Below, one piece after another: positions 13,131 through 24,669 of a stretch of DNA of 64,000 nt. The notes beneath the pieces are model-generated. The model worked only from the letters and a program-made list of their open reading frames with translations. It did not search any database and had not been told where the DNA came from. This DNA comes from the human T2T-CHM13v2.0 reference genome, Homo sapiens: assembly GCF_009914755.1 (NCBI RefSeq), contig NC_060930.1; one strand, 5' to 3'. Made by a program: the position numbers and the translations under genes. Each line of letters opens with the position of its first letter. The first letter of the stretch is position 1.

Positions 13131-14450
13131 AAATATTTAAAATAGCTTTGTAGGGGTAGAATTAGCGTGCAATAAACAACACATATTTAAAAGCATGATT
13201 TGACAAGTTTTCAGTAAGTTACACAGCCACAAAGCCACCACCATAATCAAGATAATGACATGTCAGTCAATGTACAGAATTTTCTCCTGTTCTTTGTAAT
13301 GTCTCCCTTCAGCTCCTCCCCATGCCCTGACCTTTCCTCCTTCACCCACACCTCTGTGGTCTCCAGGTAGCCTCTGGTCTGCTTTGGTCACTATAGATTA
13401 GTTTGCATTTTCTGGAATTGCAAGTAAATGGAATCCTACTAAATGTAATCTTTTTTATTGAGCTACTTTCACTCAGCGTAATTATTTCAAGATTCATCAT
13501 ATTGTTGCATGTATTAATAGTTAATTCTTTTATCGCAGAGTAGTATTCCATTGCATAGATGCACTACACTTTCTTTATCCTTTCACTGACTGGTGGACAT
13601 TTTTTTCTCCAGGTTTTGGCTATTGCAGATAAAGTTCCTCTGAACATTTATGTGTACATTTTGTATGGACATGTGCTTTCATCTCTCTTTTGTAAATACC
13701 AATTAGTGAAATCACTGGACCACACGATAGGTGCATGTTGAACTTTTAAAGAAACTAACAAACATTTTACAAAGTAACTGTACTGTTTTACATTAACAAT
13801 AGTGTATGAGAATTCCACTCCACATCCTGCCAATACTTGGATGGGCAGTCTTCTTAATTATAGTCATTCAAATCGGTGTGTAATGCTATCTCATTGTGGC
13901 TCTAATTTGCATTTTTCAAATAATGAATGATATTGATAATGTTTTCATGTGCTTATGTGGCCTGCATTTCTTCTTGGTGAAGTGCCTATATCAATATTTT
14001 GCCCATTTTTTAAAATTGAGTTTTGTTTAATTTCTCAATAGTGAGTTCTAAGGGATCTTTATATATTATGGATGTAACTCTTACATATACAATATATAAA
14101 TATTTTCTTCTTGACTTTATGTTATTGTTGCCATAAATTTCACTTTTACATATGTTATAAATACCACATTACGTTGCTATTTTTGATTAAGCTGGAAATT
14201 ATCTTTTGAAAAGCTATTTTATTTACATAAAATGAATATAAAAATATTAGTTAATTAACCATGTATTTACCATTTCCAGAGTTATTTGTTCCTTTTTGTA
14301 GATCCATATTTCTATCTGGTATCCATTTCTTTCTGCCTGGAAGAATTCATTTTAATATTTCATGTAGTATGTTCTCTGGAGATAAATTCTGAAATTCATC
14401 CAACTGAAAAATTCTATTTCTCTTTGGTTTTCTAAAAATATTTTAGCTAG

Positions 14451-16700
14451 TGATACGGTTTGGCTGTGTCCACACCCAAATCTCATCTTCAATTCCCACA
14501 TGTTGTGTAGGAGGGACCCAGTGGGTGGTAACTGAATCATGGGGAAGGTCTTTCCAATGCTGTTCTCATGATAGTGAATAAGTCTCATGAGATCTGATGG
14601 CATTATTAAAGGGAGTTTCCCTGCAGAAGTTCTCTTTGCCTGTTGCCATACATATAAGATGTGACTTGCTCCTCCTTGCCTTCCACCATGATTGTGAGGC
14701 CTCCCCAGCCACATGGAACTGTAAATCTATTAAACTTTTTTTCCTGTATAAATTGCTCACTCTTAGGTGTGTCTTTATCAGCAGCATGAAAATGGACTAA
14801 TACAGTAAATTGGTACTGGGGGTTGGGTGTTGCTGAAAAGATACCTGAAAATGTGGTAGCGACTTTGGAACTGGGTAACAGGCAGAGGTTGGAACAGTTT
14901 GAAGGGCTCAGAAGAAGGCAGGAAAATGTGGGAAAGTTTTGAGCTTCCTAGAGACTTGTTGAATAGCTTTGACAAAAATTCTGATAGTGATATGAACAAT
15001 AAGGTCTAGGTTGAGGTCTCAGATGGAGATGAAGAACTTGTCAGGAACTGGGGCAAAGGTGACTCTTGTTATGTTTTAGCAAGGAGACTGGTAGCATTTT
15101 GCCCCTGCCCTAGAGATCTGTGGAACTTTGAACTTGAGAGAGATGATTTAGGGTATCTAGTGGAAGAAGTTTCTAAGCAGCAAAGCATTCAAGAGGTGAC
15201 TTGGGTGCTGTTAAAGGCATTCAGTTTTATAAGGAAAGCAGAGCATAAAAGTTTGGGAAATTTGCAACTTACAATGTGGTAGAAAAGAAAATCCCATTTT
15301 CTAAGGAGAAATTCAAGCTGGCTGCAGAAATTTGCATAAGTAACAAGGAGCTTAATGTTAATCTCCAAGACAATGGGGAAAAATGTCTCCAGGGCATGTC
15401 AGAGGTCTTCACGGCAGCCCCTCCAATCACAAGCCTGGAGGCCTAGAAAGGAAAAATGGTTTTGTGAGCCAGGCCCAGGGTTCCTGTGCTGTGTGCAGCC
15501 CAGGGACTTGGTGCCCTGTGTCGCAGCCACTCTGGCTGTGGCTGAAAGGGGTCACCATAGAGCTCGTGCTGTGGCTTCAGAGTGTGCAAGCCCCAAGCCT
15601 TGGCAGCTTCCACGTGGTGTTGAGCCTGCAAAAAGACAGAAGTCAAGAATTGGGGTTTGGGAACCTCTGCCTAGATTTCAGATGATGTATGAAAATGCCT
15701 GAATGCCCAGGCAGAAGTTTGCTGCAGGGGCGGTACCCTCATGGAGAACCCCTGCTAGGGCAGTGCAGAAGGGAAATGTGGGATCAGAGCCTCCACACAG
15801 AGTCCCTACTGGGGCATCACCTAGTAGGTGTGAGAAAAGGACCACTGTCCTCCAGACCCCAGAATGGTAGATCCATTGACAGCTTGTACCAGACATTCAA
15901 CAGCAGCCCATGAAAGCAGCCGGGAGGTTCTGTACCTGGCAAAGCCACAGGAGTGGAGCTGCCCAAGACCCTGGAAACCCACCTCTTGCATCAGTGTGAT
16001 CGGATTGTGAGACATGGAGCCAAAGGAGCTTTTGGAGCTTCAAGATTTGACTGCCTCGCTGGATTTCAGACTTGCATGGGGCCTGTAGCCCCTTTGTTTT
16101 GGCCATTTTTTCCCATTTGGAATGGCTCTATTTACCCAATGCATGTACCCCCATTGTATCTAGGAAGTAACTAACTTGCTTTTGATTTTGCAGACTCATT
16201 AAGTGGAAGGGATTTGCCTTGTCTCAGATGAGACTTTGGACTGTGGACTTTTGAGTTAATGCTGAAATGAGTTAAGACTTTGGGGGACTGTCGGGAAGGC
16301 ATGATTGGTTTTGCAGTGTCAGGACATGAGATTTGGGAGGGGCCAGGGGCAAAAGGATATGGTTTGACTGCGTCCCCACCCAAATCTCATCTTCAGTTCC
16401 CACATGTTGTGGGAGGGACCTGGTGGGAGGTAATAGAAACATGTGGGCAGGTCTTTCCCATGCTGTTCTCCTGATAATGAATGAGTCGCATGAGATTTGA
16501 TGGTATCATAAGGGGGAGTTTCCCTGAACAAGCTCTCTCTTTGCCTGTTGCCATATATGTAAGATGTGACTTGCTACTCCTTACCATGATTGTGAGGCCT
16601 CCCCAGCCACATGGAACTGGAGGTCCATTAAATCCTTTCCTATATAAATTACCCAGTCTCAGGTATATCTTTATTAGCAGCATGAAAATGGACTAATATA
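14451..16700 (+). mobile_element. Full-length THE1B MaLR provirus: 5' LTR 14451-14804, internal 14805-16354, 3' LTR ~16355-16700
   Basis: Two direct LTRs (TGATACGGTTTGGCTGTGTC...GGACTAATACA). The internal region starts GTAAATTGGTAC. Polypurine tract GGGAGGGGCCAGGGGC precedes the 3' LTR. 5-bp TSD GCTAG (14446-14450) / GCTGG (16701-16705). Confidence 0.95.
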
Positions 16701-17195
16701 GCTGGATGTAAAATTCTGGGTTGACATTCCCACTCCACCCTAGTGCTGTAAAGATGTTGCTCCACTGTCTTCTTGTTTGCATTGTTTCAGATAAGCTGCT
16801 CTCATGCTTTTCTTTGTTTCTCTGCATATAATGTGTCTTTTTTTTTTTCTTTGACTGTTTTTTTAAAGATTTTTACATTTATCATTGGTTTTTGGCAGTT
16901 TTATTATAGTGTACTTGTTGTACTTGTCTTTGTGATTCTTGTGTATGAGGTTTGTTGAGCCTCTGAGATCTGCAAATTTGTAAATTTTATCAATTTTTAA
17001 ATATTTTGGTCTATTATTTCTTTATTATTTCTGAATATCCCTTTTCATCCTTGAGAGAAACAATTACATGTATATTAGTCTGCTTAATATTGTCACAAGC
17101 TCACTGATGCTCTTTGTATTTACTTAAATGTTTTCGTCTATGTGTTTCATTTTGTAAAGTTTCTACTGCTGTGCCTTCAGGTTCACGAATCTTTT

Positions 17196-19549
17196 TAGAA
17201 ATAATTTCAACTTTTATTTTGGATATAGGGAGTACAAGTACAGCTTTGTTATATGAGTATATTGCATGATGCTGAGGTTTGGGGTACAAATATCATCACC
17301 CAGTTGGTGAGCCTAGTACCCAGCAGGTAGTTTTTCAACCTGCATCCCCCTCCTTCCCTCTCTCCTTTAGTAGTCCACAGTAGCTATTATTCCCATCTTT
17401 CTATCCATGAGCACCCAATGTTTAGCTCCCATTTGTAAGTGAGAACATGTAATATTTGGTTTTCTGAATTCCTGCATTAATTCACTTAGGACTATGGCCT
17501 CCAGCTGCATCTATGTTGCTGCAAAATACATGATTTTATTCTTTTTATGGCTGTGTAGTATTCCATGGTGTACATGTATCTCATTTCCTTTATCCAATTC
17601 ACCATTGTTGGGCACCTAGATTGATTCCAAGTCTTTGCTATTGTGAATAGTACTGTGATGAACATATGAGTGTATGTGTCTTTTGGTAGAAAGACTTATT
17701 TCCTTTTGAGTATATACCCAGAAATGGGATTGCTGGGTCAAATGTGAGCTGTTTTAAGTTTTTTGAGAAATTTCCAAACTGCTTTCCACAGTAGCTGAAC
17801 TGATTTACATTCCCACTTACAGCATGTAAGTGTTCCTTTTGCTCCATAGCCTCAACAGCATCTGTTATTATTTGACTTTTCAATAATAGCCATTCTCATA
17901 GGTGTAAAATGGTATCTCATTGTGGTTTTGATTTGCATTTTTCTGATATTTAGTGATGTGGAGCATGTTTTCATACGTCTGTTGGCCACTTGTATGTCTG
18001 CTTTATGTTTCATTGTTTTACTACTGTTCTTTGTGGAGCAGGGCTAACTCATAGGCAGTGTGCCCAGAGTCAGCCTGCACCTTCTTTTGAGAAGTGTCTG
18101 TTCATGTCCTTTGCCCACTTTTTAATGAGGTTATTTGTTTTTTGCTCGTTCCGTTGTTTAAGTTCCTTATAGATTCTGGATATTAGACTTTAGTCAGATG
18201 CATAGTTTGTGATATTTTCTCTGTATGTTGTCTGTTTACTCTGTTAACAATTTCTTTTGTTGTATGGAAGTTCTTTAGTTTAATTAGTTCCTACTTGTCA
18301 ATTTTTGTTCTCACTGAAATTGCTTTTGGGAACTCAGCCAAAAATTCCTTGCCAGGAATGATGTCAAGAAAGGCATTTCCTGGATGAATTAAATATTTCC
18401 AAGGTGAATTAAATCTTTAATTAATCTTGAGTTAATTTTTGTATATGGTGAAAGGTAGGGGTCCAGTTTCATTCTTCTGCAATGGTTAGCCAGCTGTCTC
18501 AGCACCATTTGTTGAATAGTCTTTTTCCCACTGCTTGTTTTTGTCAGCTTTGTTGAAAATCAGATGGTTGTAGTTGTATAGCTTTATTTCTGGTTTCTCA
18601 ATTCTGTTCTGTTGGTCTATATGTCTGTTTTTGTACCACTATCATGCTGTTTTGCTTCTTGTAGCCTTATAGTATAGTTTGGATTCAGGTAGTGTGATGC
18701 CTCCAGCTTTGTTCTTTTGTTCAGAATTGCTTTGGCTATTTGGGCTGTTTTGCTTCCATATTTTAGATAATTTTAGAATAGTTTTTTCTAATTCTGTGAA
18801 AAATGTTGTTAGTCATTTCATAGAAATATCATTGAATCTATAAATTGATTTGGGCAGTATGGCCATTTTAACAATATTGATTCTTCCAATCCATTATCAT
18901 GGAATGTTTTTCCATTTATTTGTGTCATCTCTGATTTTTTCAGCAGCATTTTGTAGTCCTCCTTGCAGGAATCTTTCATCTCCTAGGTTAACTGTATTCC
19001 TAGATATTTGAATTTTTTGGTGGCTATTGTCAATGGAACTGTATACCTGATTTGACTCTCAGCTTGAATGTTGTTGGTATATAGAAATGCTACTGAATTT
19101 TGTACATTGATTTTATATCCTGAAACTTCACTAAAGTTGTTTACCAGTTCTAGGAGCCTTTTGGCAGAATTTTTTGGGTTTTCTAGGTATATAATTGTAT
19201 TGTTAGCCAGGAAAGATAGTTTGACTTCCTCTCTTCCTATTTGAATGGCTTTAATTTCTTCTGTTGCCTGATTGCTCTGGCTAGGACTTCCAGTACTATG
19301 TTGAATAGGAGTGGTGAGAACAGGCATCCTTGCCTTGTTACTGTTGTCAAGAGGAATAGTTACAGCTTTTGCCCCTTTAGTATGATATTGGCTATAGGTC
19401 TGTCATAGATGGCTCTTATTATTTTGAGGTATGTTCCTTTGATGCCTAGTCTGCTGAGGACTTTTATCATGAAAGGATGTTGCATTTTATTGAAAGCTTT
19501 TTCTGCACCTATTGAGATGATCATATGGTTTTGCTTTTAATTCTGTTAT
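17196..19549 (-). mobile_element. L1PA15/16, 3' (non-inverted) segment
   Basis: 3' UTR ATATTGCATGATGCTGAGGTTTGGGGTAC...TAGTACCCAGCAGGTAGTTTTTCAACC is L1PA15/16-type. ORF 18983-19327 has [14 protein letters not shown]...[10 protein letters not shown] (RT). Confidence 0.92.
18002..18075 (-). mobile_element. Short retroposed hairpin RNA, likely from an ERV1 LTR R region, inserted in L1PA16
   Basis: Interrupts L1 TGTATGTCTTCTTTTGAGAAG. Minus strand reads GGCTGACTCTGGGCACACTGCCTATGAGTTAGCCCTGCTCCACAAAGAACAGT plus an A-rich tail, with degenerate duplicated flanks. Confidence 0.65.
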
Positions 19550-20234
19550 ACAACCAATAATTGGTTCTTCAAAAGAATAAACAAGATTAATAGACTGCTA
19601 GCCAGATTAACAATGAAAAAAGAGAAGATCCAAATAAGTTCAACCAGAAATGACAAAGAAGACATTAGAAACCATCCAACAGAAATACAAAAGCTCCTCA
19701 GAGACTATAATGAACAACTCTATGCACACAAATTAGAAAATCTAGAGAAAATGCATAAATTCCTGGGAATACACAGTCTCCCCAGATTAAACCAGGAAAA
19801 ACATGAAAACCTTAACAAACCAACAAATAGTTCCAGAATTGAATCAGAAAAAAATAACCTACCAAGCAACAAAAGCCCTGGGCCTGATGGATTCACAGCC
19901 AAATTTTACTAGATGTACAAAGAAAAAAATTGTACCAATCACATTGAAATAATTCCCAAAAAACTGAGGAAGAGGGTCTCCTCCCTAATTCATTCTATGC
20001 CCACCAGAATCTGTCTGATACCAAAATCTGGCAGAGACATACCAAAAAGAAAAAAAAAATCCGGCCAGTATTCCTGATAAGCACACACAAAAATCCTCAA
20101 AAAATACTAGAAAACTGAATCCCACAGCACATCAAAAAGTTAATACACGATGATCAAGGAGGAGAAATGATACGATGATCATTTCTGGGATGCAAGGCTG
20201 GTTCAATATATGCAAATCAATAAATGTGACTCAC
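19550..20234 (+). mobile_element. L1PA15/16, inverted 5' segment (twin priming)
   Basis: ORF 19613-19912 has LYAHKLENLEKM...KSPGPDGFTAKFY. The segment ends at TAAATGTGACTCAC, almost contiguous in ORF2 with the start of the minus segment. TSD TCAC(G/T)AATCTTTT at 17183-17195 and 20231-20243. Confidence 0.9.
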
Positions 20235-21541
20235 TAATCTTTTCTTCTGCAAAGTTTAATTTGGTATTAATCCCATCCAGTATATTTTAAATATCAAAGC
20301 TTGTAATTTTTATTCCTAGTAGTTCAATCTGGATCCTTTTTATATCTTCCGATAACTTTTTAAACCTACGGTGGAAAACAATTAAAATATCTTTTTAAAA
20401 GTCATTAACTGCTAATTTTAACATCTTTGTCATTTCTGTAACAGTTTTGATTGCATTTTCTCTGACAGAGATTATATTTTCCTACTTCTTTGCATGCCTG
20501 GTAACTTTTTATTAGATGCCAGAGATTGATATTTTTACCTTTTTGGAAGCTTGACATCTTTGTATTCTTATCAATATTCTTGAGTTTTATTCTGGGATAC
20601 AGTTAAATTACTTGGAAACAGTTTGATCCTTTTAGGTCTTGCTTTTAAGATTATTAGACAGGGCCAGATTGGTGTTTAGTTTAGAACTAATTATCCCCAA
20701 CAATTCAGGCAAGATCCTCCAGTACTCTAATCCCCAGTGAATTACGGGGTTCTGTAGTCTGGCTGGTGGGAACAAGCCCTGTGTGTGTACACCAGGCACT
20801 GTTACCTCTAATGCTTTAGGATGCTCTTTTTTGGGTCTTACATAGTGTTTTCACACTCATGCATTAATGTGTTGAATACCTGGAGGAGGAACCTCTGTAG
20901 GTATTCAGGTTTCTGTGTTTGTATAGCTCTCCCCTCTTACATAGTCTGCACTGCAGTCTCAAATCACATTGGTCTTCCCAGATTCATGGCTATTTTTCAT
21001 CAACTTGGGAGTCTGTCACACTCTGCCTAGGTTTCTTCTCATAAGGTGGTAAGCTTGGGCAATCATAGGCTCATCTCATTTCTTTTCTGTCTCTCAAGGA
21101 TCAATGTCCCTTTAATGCCTGACATCCGGTGTCTTAAAAAGCATTGATTTATGTATTTTTGTCCAGTTTTTTAGTTGTTTCAGGAGGAAAGTAAATCCAG
21201 TCCCAATTTTGCTAAATTGGCAAGAAGCAGAATTTCTCTATTATGTAGTTTAGTCTGTTAAAAAAATTCACAAGAAAAAAGCAATCTCTGAAAACTGATA
21301 CAAATCTCATAATTAGACATAATTATAATGCTATAATCACACAGAAAATAATTATTCCAAGTCACTTTAGAGCACACAATTTTGTCTGTATATCTCTATT
21401 AGTTATGTATTTTAAGGACACATATAGATACAAGAAAATCTTAGACTTTATTTAGAAGTGTAATTTTTAATGATAATAGTTGTAATATTATTTTAATCTA
21501 ATTATCTATATTATAACATAATATAAATAAGATGTTATATT

Positions 21542-21839
21542 GGCCGGGTGTGGTGGCTCATGTCTGTAATCCCAGCACTTTGGGAGGCCAAGGCGGGTGG
21601 ATCATGAGGTCAGGAGATTGAGACCATCCTGTCTAACACAGTGAAACCCCATCTCTACTAAAATTACAAAAAATTAGCTGGGCTTGGTGGCGGGCGCCTG
21701 TAGTCCCAGCTACTCAGGAGGCTGAGGCAGGAGAATCGCTGAACCCGGGAGGCAGAGCTTGCAGTGAGCCAAGATCGCACCACGGCACTCCAGCCTGGGC
21801 AACAGAGCGAGACTCCATATCCAAAAGAAAAAAAAAAAA
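21542..21839 (+). mobile_element. AluY (Y/Sc8-like)
   Basis: Full dimer with GAGCTTGCAGTG and ACCATCCTGTCTAACAC; 13-bp TSD AAGATGTTATATT at 21529-21541 and 21840-21852. Confidence 0.95.
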
Positions 21840-22210
21840 AAGATGTTATATTAATGTGATTAGGAATAAAAATTTTCAACATAAGAGCAAAGAAATCTAT
21901 AACTCCAAAAGAAGTATATTTTATAATATTTACTTAGAAATGAAAATGTTAATTAAAAAACTTCATAATTTATTTTCTTTTCAAAAGTACTTATTTCCTG
22001 GTTTTGTCTATTGAAGAAGCCTAGAAGAAATGACAACCTTAAGGTAATTAACATACTAAGGGCAAAGATTTTTGAATTCTAAATATAATTTTCTACTAAA
22101 AAAACCAAGACTCCTTAGAAAAATGGCTGGTCCCACCAGATTTGGCCAGTTAAAATACAAGATGAGACTAGGACCTCTTATTGTGTCCAAAGCAAAAAGA
22201 CTTATAGTTA

Positions 22211-23640
22211 TGTGTCCGGAATTGGTGGGTTCTTGGTCTCATTGACTTCCAGAATGAAGCCGCGGACCCTCAAGGTGAGTGTTACAGCTCTTAAGGTGGT
22301 GCGTCTGGAGTTTGTTCCTTCTGATGTTCGGATGTATTCAGAGTTTCTTCCTTCTGGTGGGTTCATGGTCTTGCTGGCTCAAGAGTGAAGCTGCAGACCT
22401 TCGCGGTGAGTGTTACAGCTCTTAAGGCAGTGCGTCTGGAGTTGTTCCTTCCTCCCGGTGGGCTCGTGGTCTCGCTGGCTTCAGGAGTGAAGCTGCAGAC
22501 CTTCGTGGTGAGTGTTACAGCTCATAAAAGCAGTGTGGACCCAAAGAGTGAGCAGTAGCAAGATTTATTGCAAAGAGCAAAAGAACAAAGCTTCCACAGT
22601 GTGGAAGGAGACCCGAGTGGGTTGCCACTGCTGGCTGGGGCAGCCTGCTGTTATTCTCTTTTCTGGCCCCACCCACATCCTGCTGATTGGTAGAGCCGAG
22701 TGGCCTGTTTTGACAGGGCGCTGATTGGTGCATTTACAATCCCTGAGCTAGATACAAAGGTTCTCCACGTCCCCATCAGATTAGTTAGATACAGAGTATG
22801 GACACAAAGGTTCTCCACGGCCCCACCAGAGCAGCTAGATACAGAGTGTCGATTGGTGCACTCACAAACCCTGAGCTAGACACAGGGTGCTGATTGGTGT
22901 GTTTACAAACCTTGAGCTAGATACAGAGTGCCGATTGGTGTATTTACAATTCCTGAGCTAGACATAAAGATTCTCCACGTCCCCACCAGACTCAGGAGCC
23001 CAGCTGGCTTCACCCAGTGGATCCCGCACCGGGGCTGCAGGTGGAGCTGCCCGCCAGTCCTTCGCCGTGTGCTCGCACTCCTCAGCCCTTAGGTGGTCGA
23101 TGGGACTGGGCGCCCTGGAGCAGGGGGTGGCACTCGTCGGGGAGACTCGGGCCGCACAGGAGCCCATGGAGGGGGTGGGAGGCTCAGGCATGGCGGGCTG
23201 CAGGTCCCGAGCCCTGCCCCGCGGGAAGGCAGCTAAGGCCGGGTGAGAAACCGAGCACAGCGCCGGTGGGCCGGCACTGCTGGGGGACCCAGTACACCCT
23301 CCGCAGCCGCTGGCCCGGTTGCTAAGCCCCTCATTGCCCGGGGCCGGCAGGGCCGGCCGGCTGCTCCAAGTGCGGGGCCCGCCAAGCCCACGCCCACCTA
23401 GAACTCCAGTTGGCCCGCAAGCGCCGCGCACGGCCCGGGTTCCCGCTCGCGCCTCTCCCTCCACACCTCCCTGCAAGCTGAGGGAGCTGGCTCTGGCCTT
23501 GGCCAGCCTAGAAGGGGGCTCCCACAGTGCAGCGGTGGGCTGAAGTGTTCCTCAAGTGCCGCCAAAGTGGGAGCCCAGGCAGAGGAGGCGCGGAGAGCAA
23601 GCAAGGGCTGTGAGGACTGCCGGCACGCTGTCACCTCTCA
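22211..23640 (-). mobile_element. LTR12C (HERV9) solo LTR, 1430 bp
   Basis: Minus strand begins TGAGAGGTGACAGCGTGC and ends TTCCGGACACA. It has a GC/CpG-rich U3, tandem CCAAT-containing enhancer units, U5 tandem repeats, and an exact 4-bp TSD GTTA (22207-22210 and 23641-23644). Confidence 0.97.
22641..22960 (-). promoter_or_regulatory. LTR12C U3 enhancer/promoter module, NF-Y CCAAT array, leftward-facing
   Basis: Five GATTGG (CCAATC on minus) at ~22685, 22723, 22851, 22893 and 22933. The proximal GATA/AATAAA-type TATA segment at 22641-22670 is mutated. LTR polyA signal at 22564-22569. Confidence 0.7.
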
Positions 23641-24669
23641 GTTAGTGATGGGCTATTTGAAAAATAAATCTTGGGTGGGCCTCTCATTGGTCAAAAATGG
23701 AATAGTTTGAGCATCAGTAATGAATACAATTGTAACACAATCACTGCCCAACCCTGTGAGTTCATAAAGAAAAACAGAATGAAAGCAAAAATTTTGAAAC
23801 CACTCACAGAGCTTAATTGTACACCAATGAGAATCAAATGGAGTACCAACTCTTTACTCTGAAAACGAACACCTACAAGAAAAGAATGATCATTTATCCC
23901 ACTTTTCTTCATAAACTGTAGTTCTAAATAGCTAATAGAGGGTAAGGTCTTTTTCACGGGAATCTTCCAGCTAGCTCTTAATCCTATACTTGCTGAAACC
24001 AGAGAGCACATATGAAAATTAAGATTATGCTACTCGTTGTCAAAGGCATTAATGTAAATGTGGGCAGAATAAAACCAGATGGAAGTTTTTACCTGATTAT
24101 TCTTATGTAAATGTCATATGTTAAGATTCTCTTTATCAAGAGGAAAATCTAACTATGACACTATGACAAACAGGCAAGGCCTTTTAAACCTAAGAATCTG
24201 ATTTCTTTATGCTATAGTAACCATTTATGGGTAATTGTGCTGGCTGGGTCTGCTTTATCAGCACGTCAGTGGAGAAGACAGATGATGGTGCACTTTATCA
24301 CATCAAAAAGCAAAACTTATTTGGAGATCATGAGCAAATCTATACTTTTCCCCATGGGTTTACGGCCATGATGGCCCCAGGCGGGGATGAGAACCAAAGA
24401 AGATGATGTGTGCGTGCACGTGGCACAAGTAAGATAAATGGGAAAGAGTAAATAGTAGAAATATTATTTGAATATAACTCAACCATATTTTGAGAAATTC
24501 TGCTAGAAATTCTGCATGAAATAAAAACCAGACATGAAAAGAATTAATGAGGTAAAATTTTTTAAAGATTAGAAGGATCAAAACATCAAATAAAAGGCCT
24601 TTTCTAGAAACTTTCTTAAGGCAATATATTACAGAATTTTCAGCACAGGAATTTGGGGAGGCCAACTGA

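Larger units (their letters stand above)
13135..21237 (-). mobile_element. Old L1 (L1ME-type) host element in three pieces (13135-14450, 16701-17195, 20231-21237), split by THE1B and L1PA16
   Basis: 3' UTR at 13135-13500. ORF1-region sequence reads through both insertions (TTTTAGCTAG / ATGTAAAATTCTGGGTTGAC, and GTTCAC-AATCTTTTCTTCTGC). L1M 5'-terminus motif TTGTTTCAGGAGGAAAGTAAATCCAGTCCC...AAGCAGAA at ~21175-21235. Most of ORF2 is missing. Confidence 0.75.
21860..23735 (+). mobile_element. L1MC4/5-like 3' UTR fragment (21860-22210 and 23641-23735), host of LTR12C
   Basis: CCTAGAAGAAATGACAACC...GACTCCTTAGAAAAATGGCTG...AATACAAGATGAGACTAGGAC; after the LTR, CATTGGTCAAAAATGGAATAGTTTGAGCATCA. Confidence 0.6.

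Noticed and set aside
14805-16354. THE1 internal ORF
   Set aside because: Broken into several short ORFs in different frames; not intact.
22255-22960. Regularly spaced repeats resembling a CRISPR array
   Set aside because: These are the U5 and U3 tandem units of LTR12. The spacers are not unique, the DNA is primate, and there are no cas genes.
22958-23476. 172-aa ORF, the longest in the track, with overlapping ORFs
   Set aside because: Entirely within the GC-rich U3 of LTR12C. Stop-poor composition explains it and there is no recognisable domain.
23000-23630. Apparent CpG island suggesting a gene promoter
   Set aside because: Intrinsic to the young LTR12C sequence; not evidence of a host gene.
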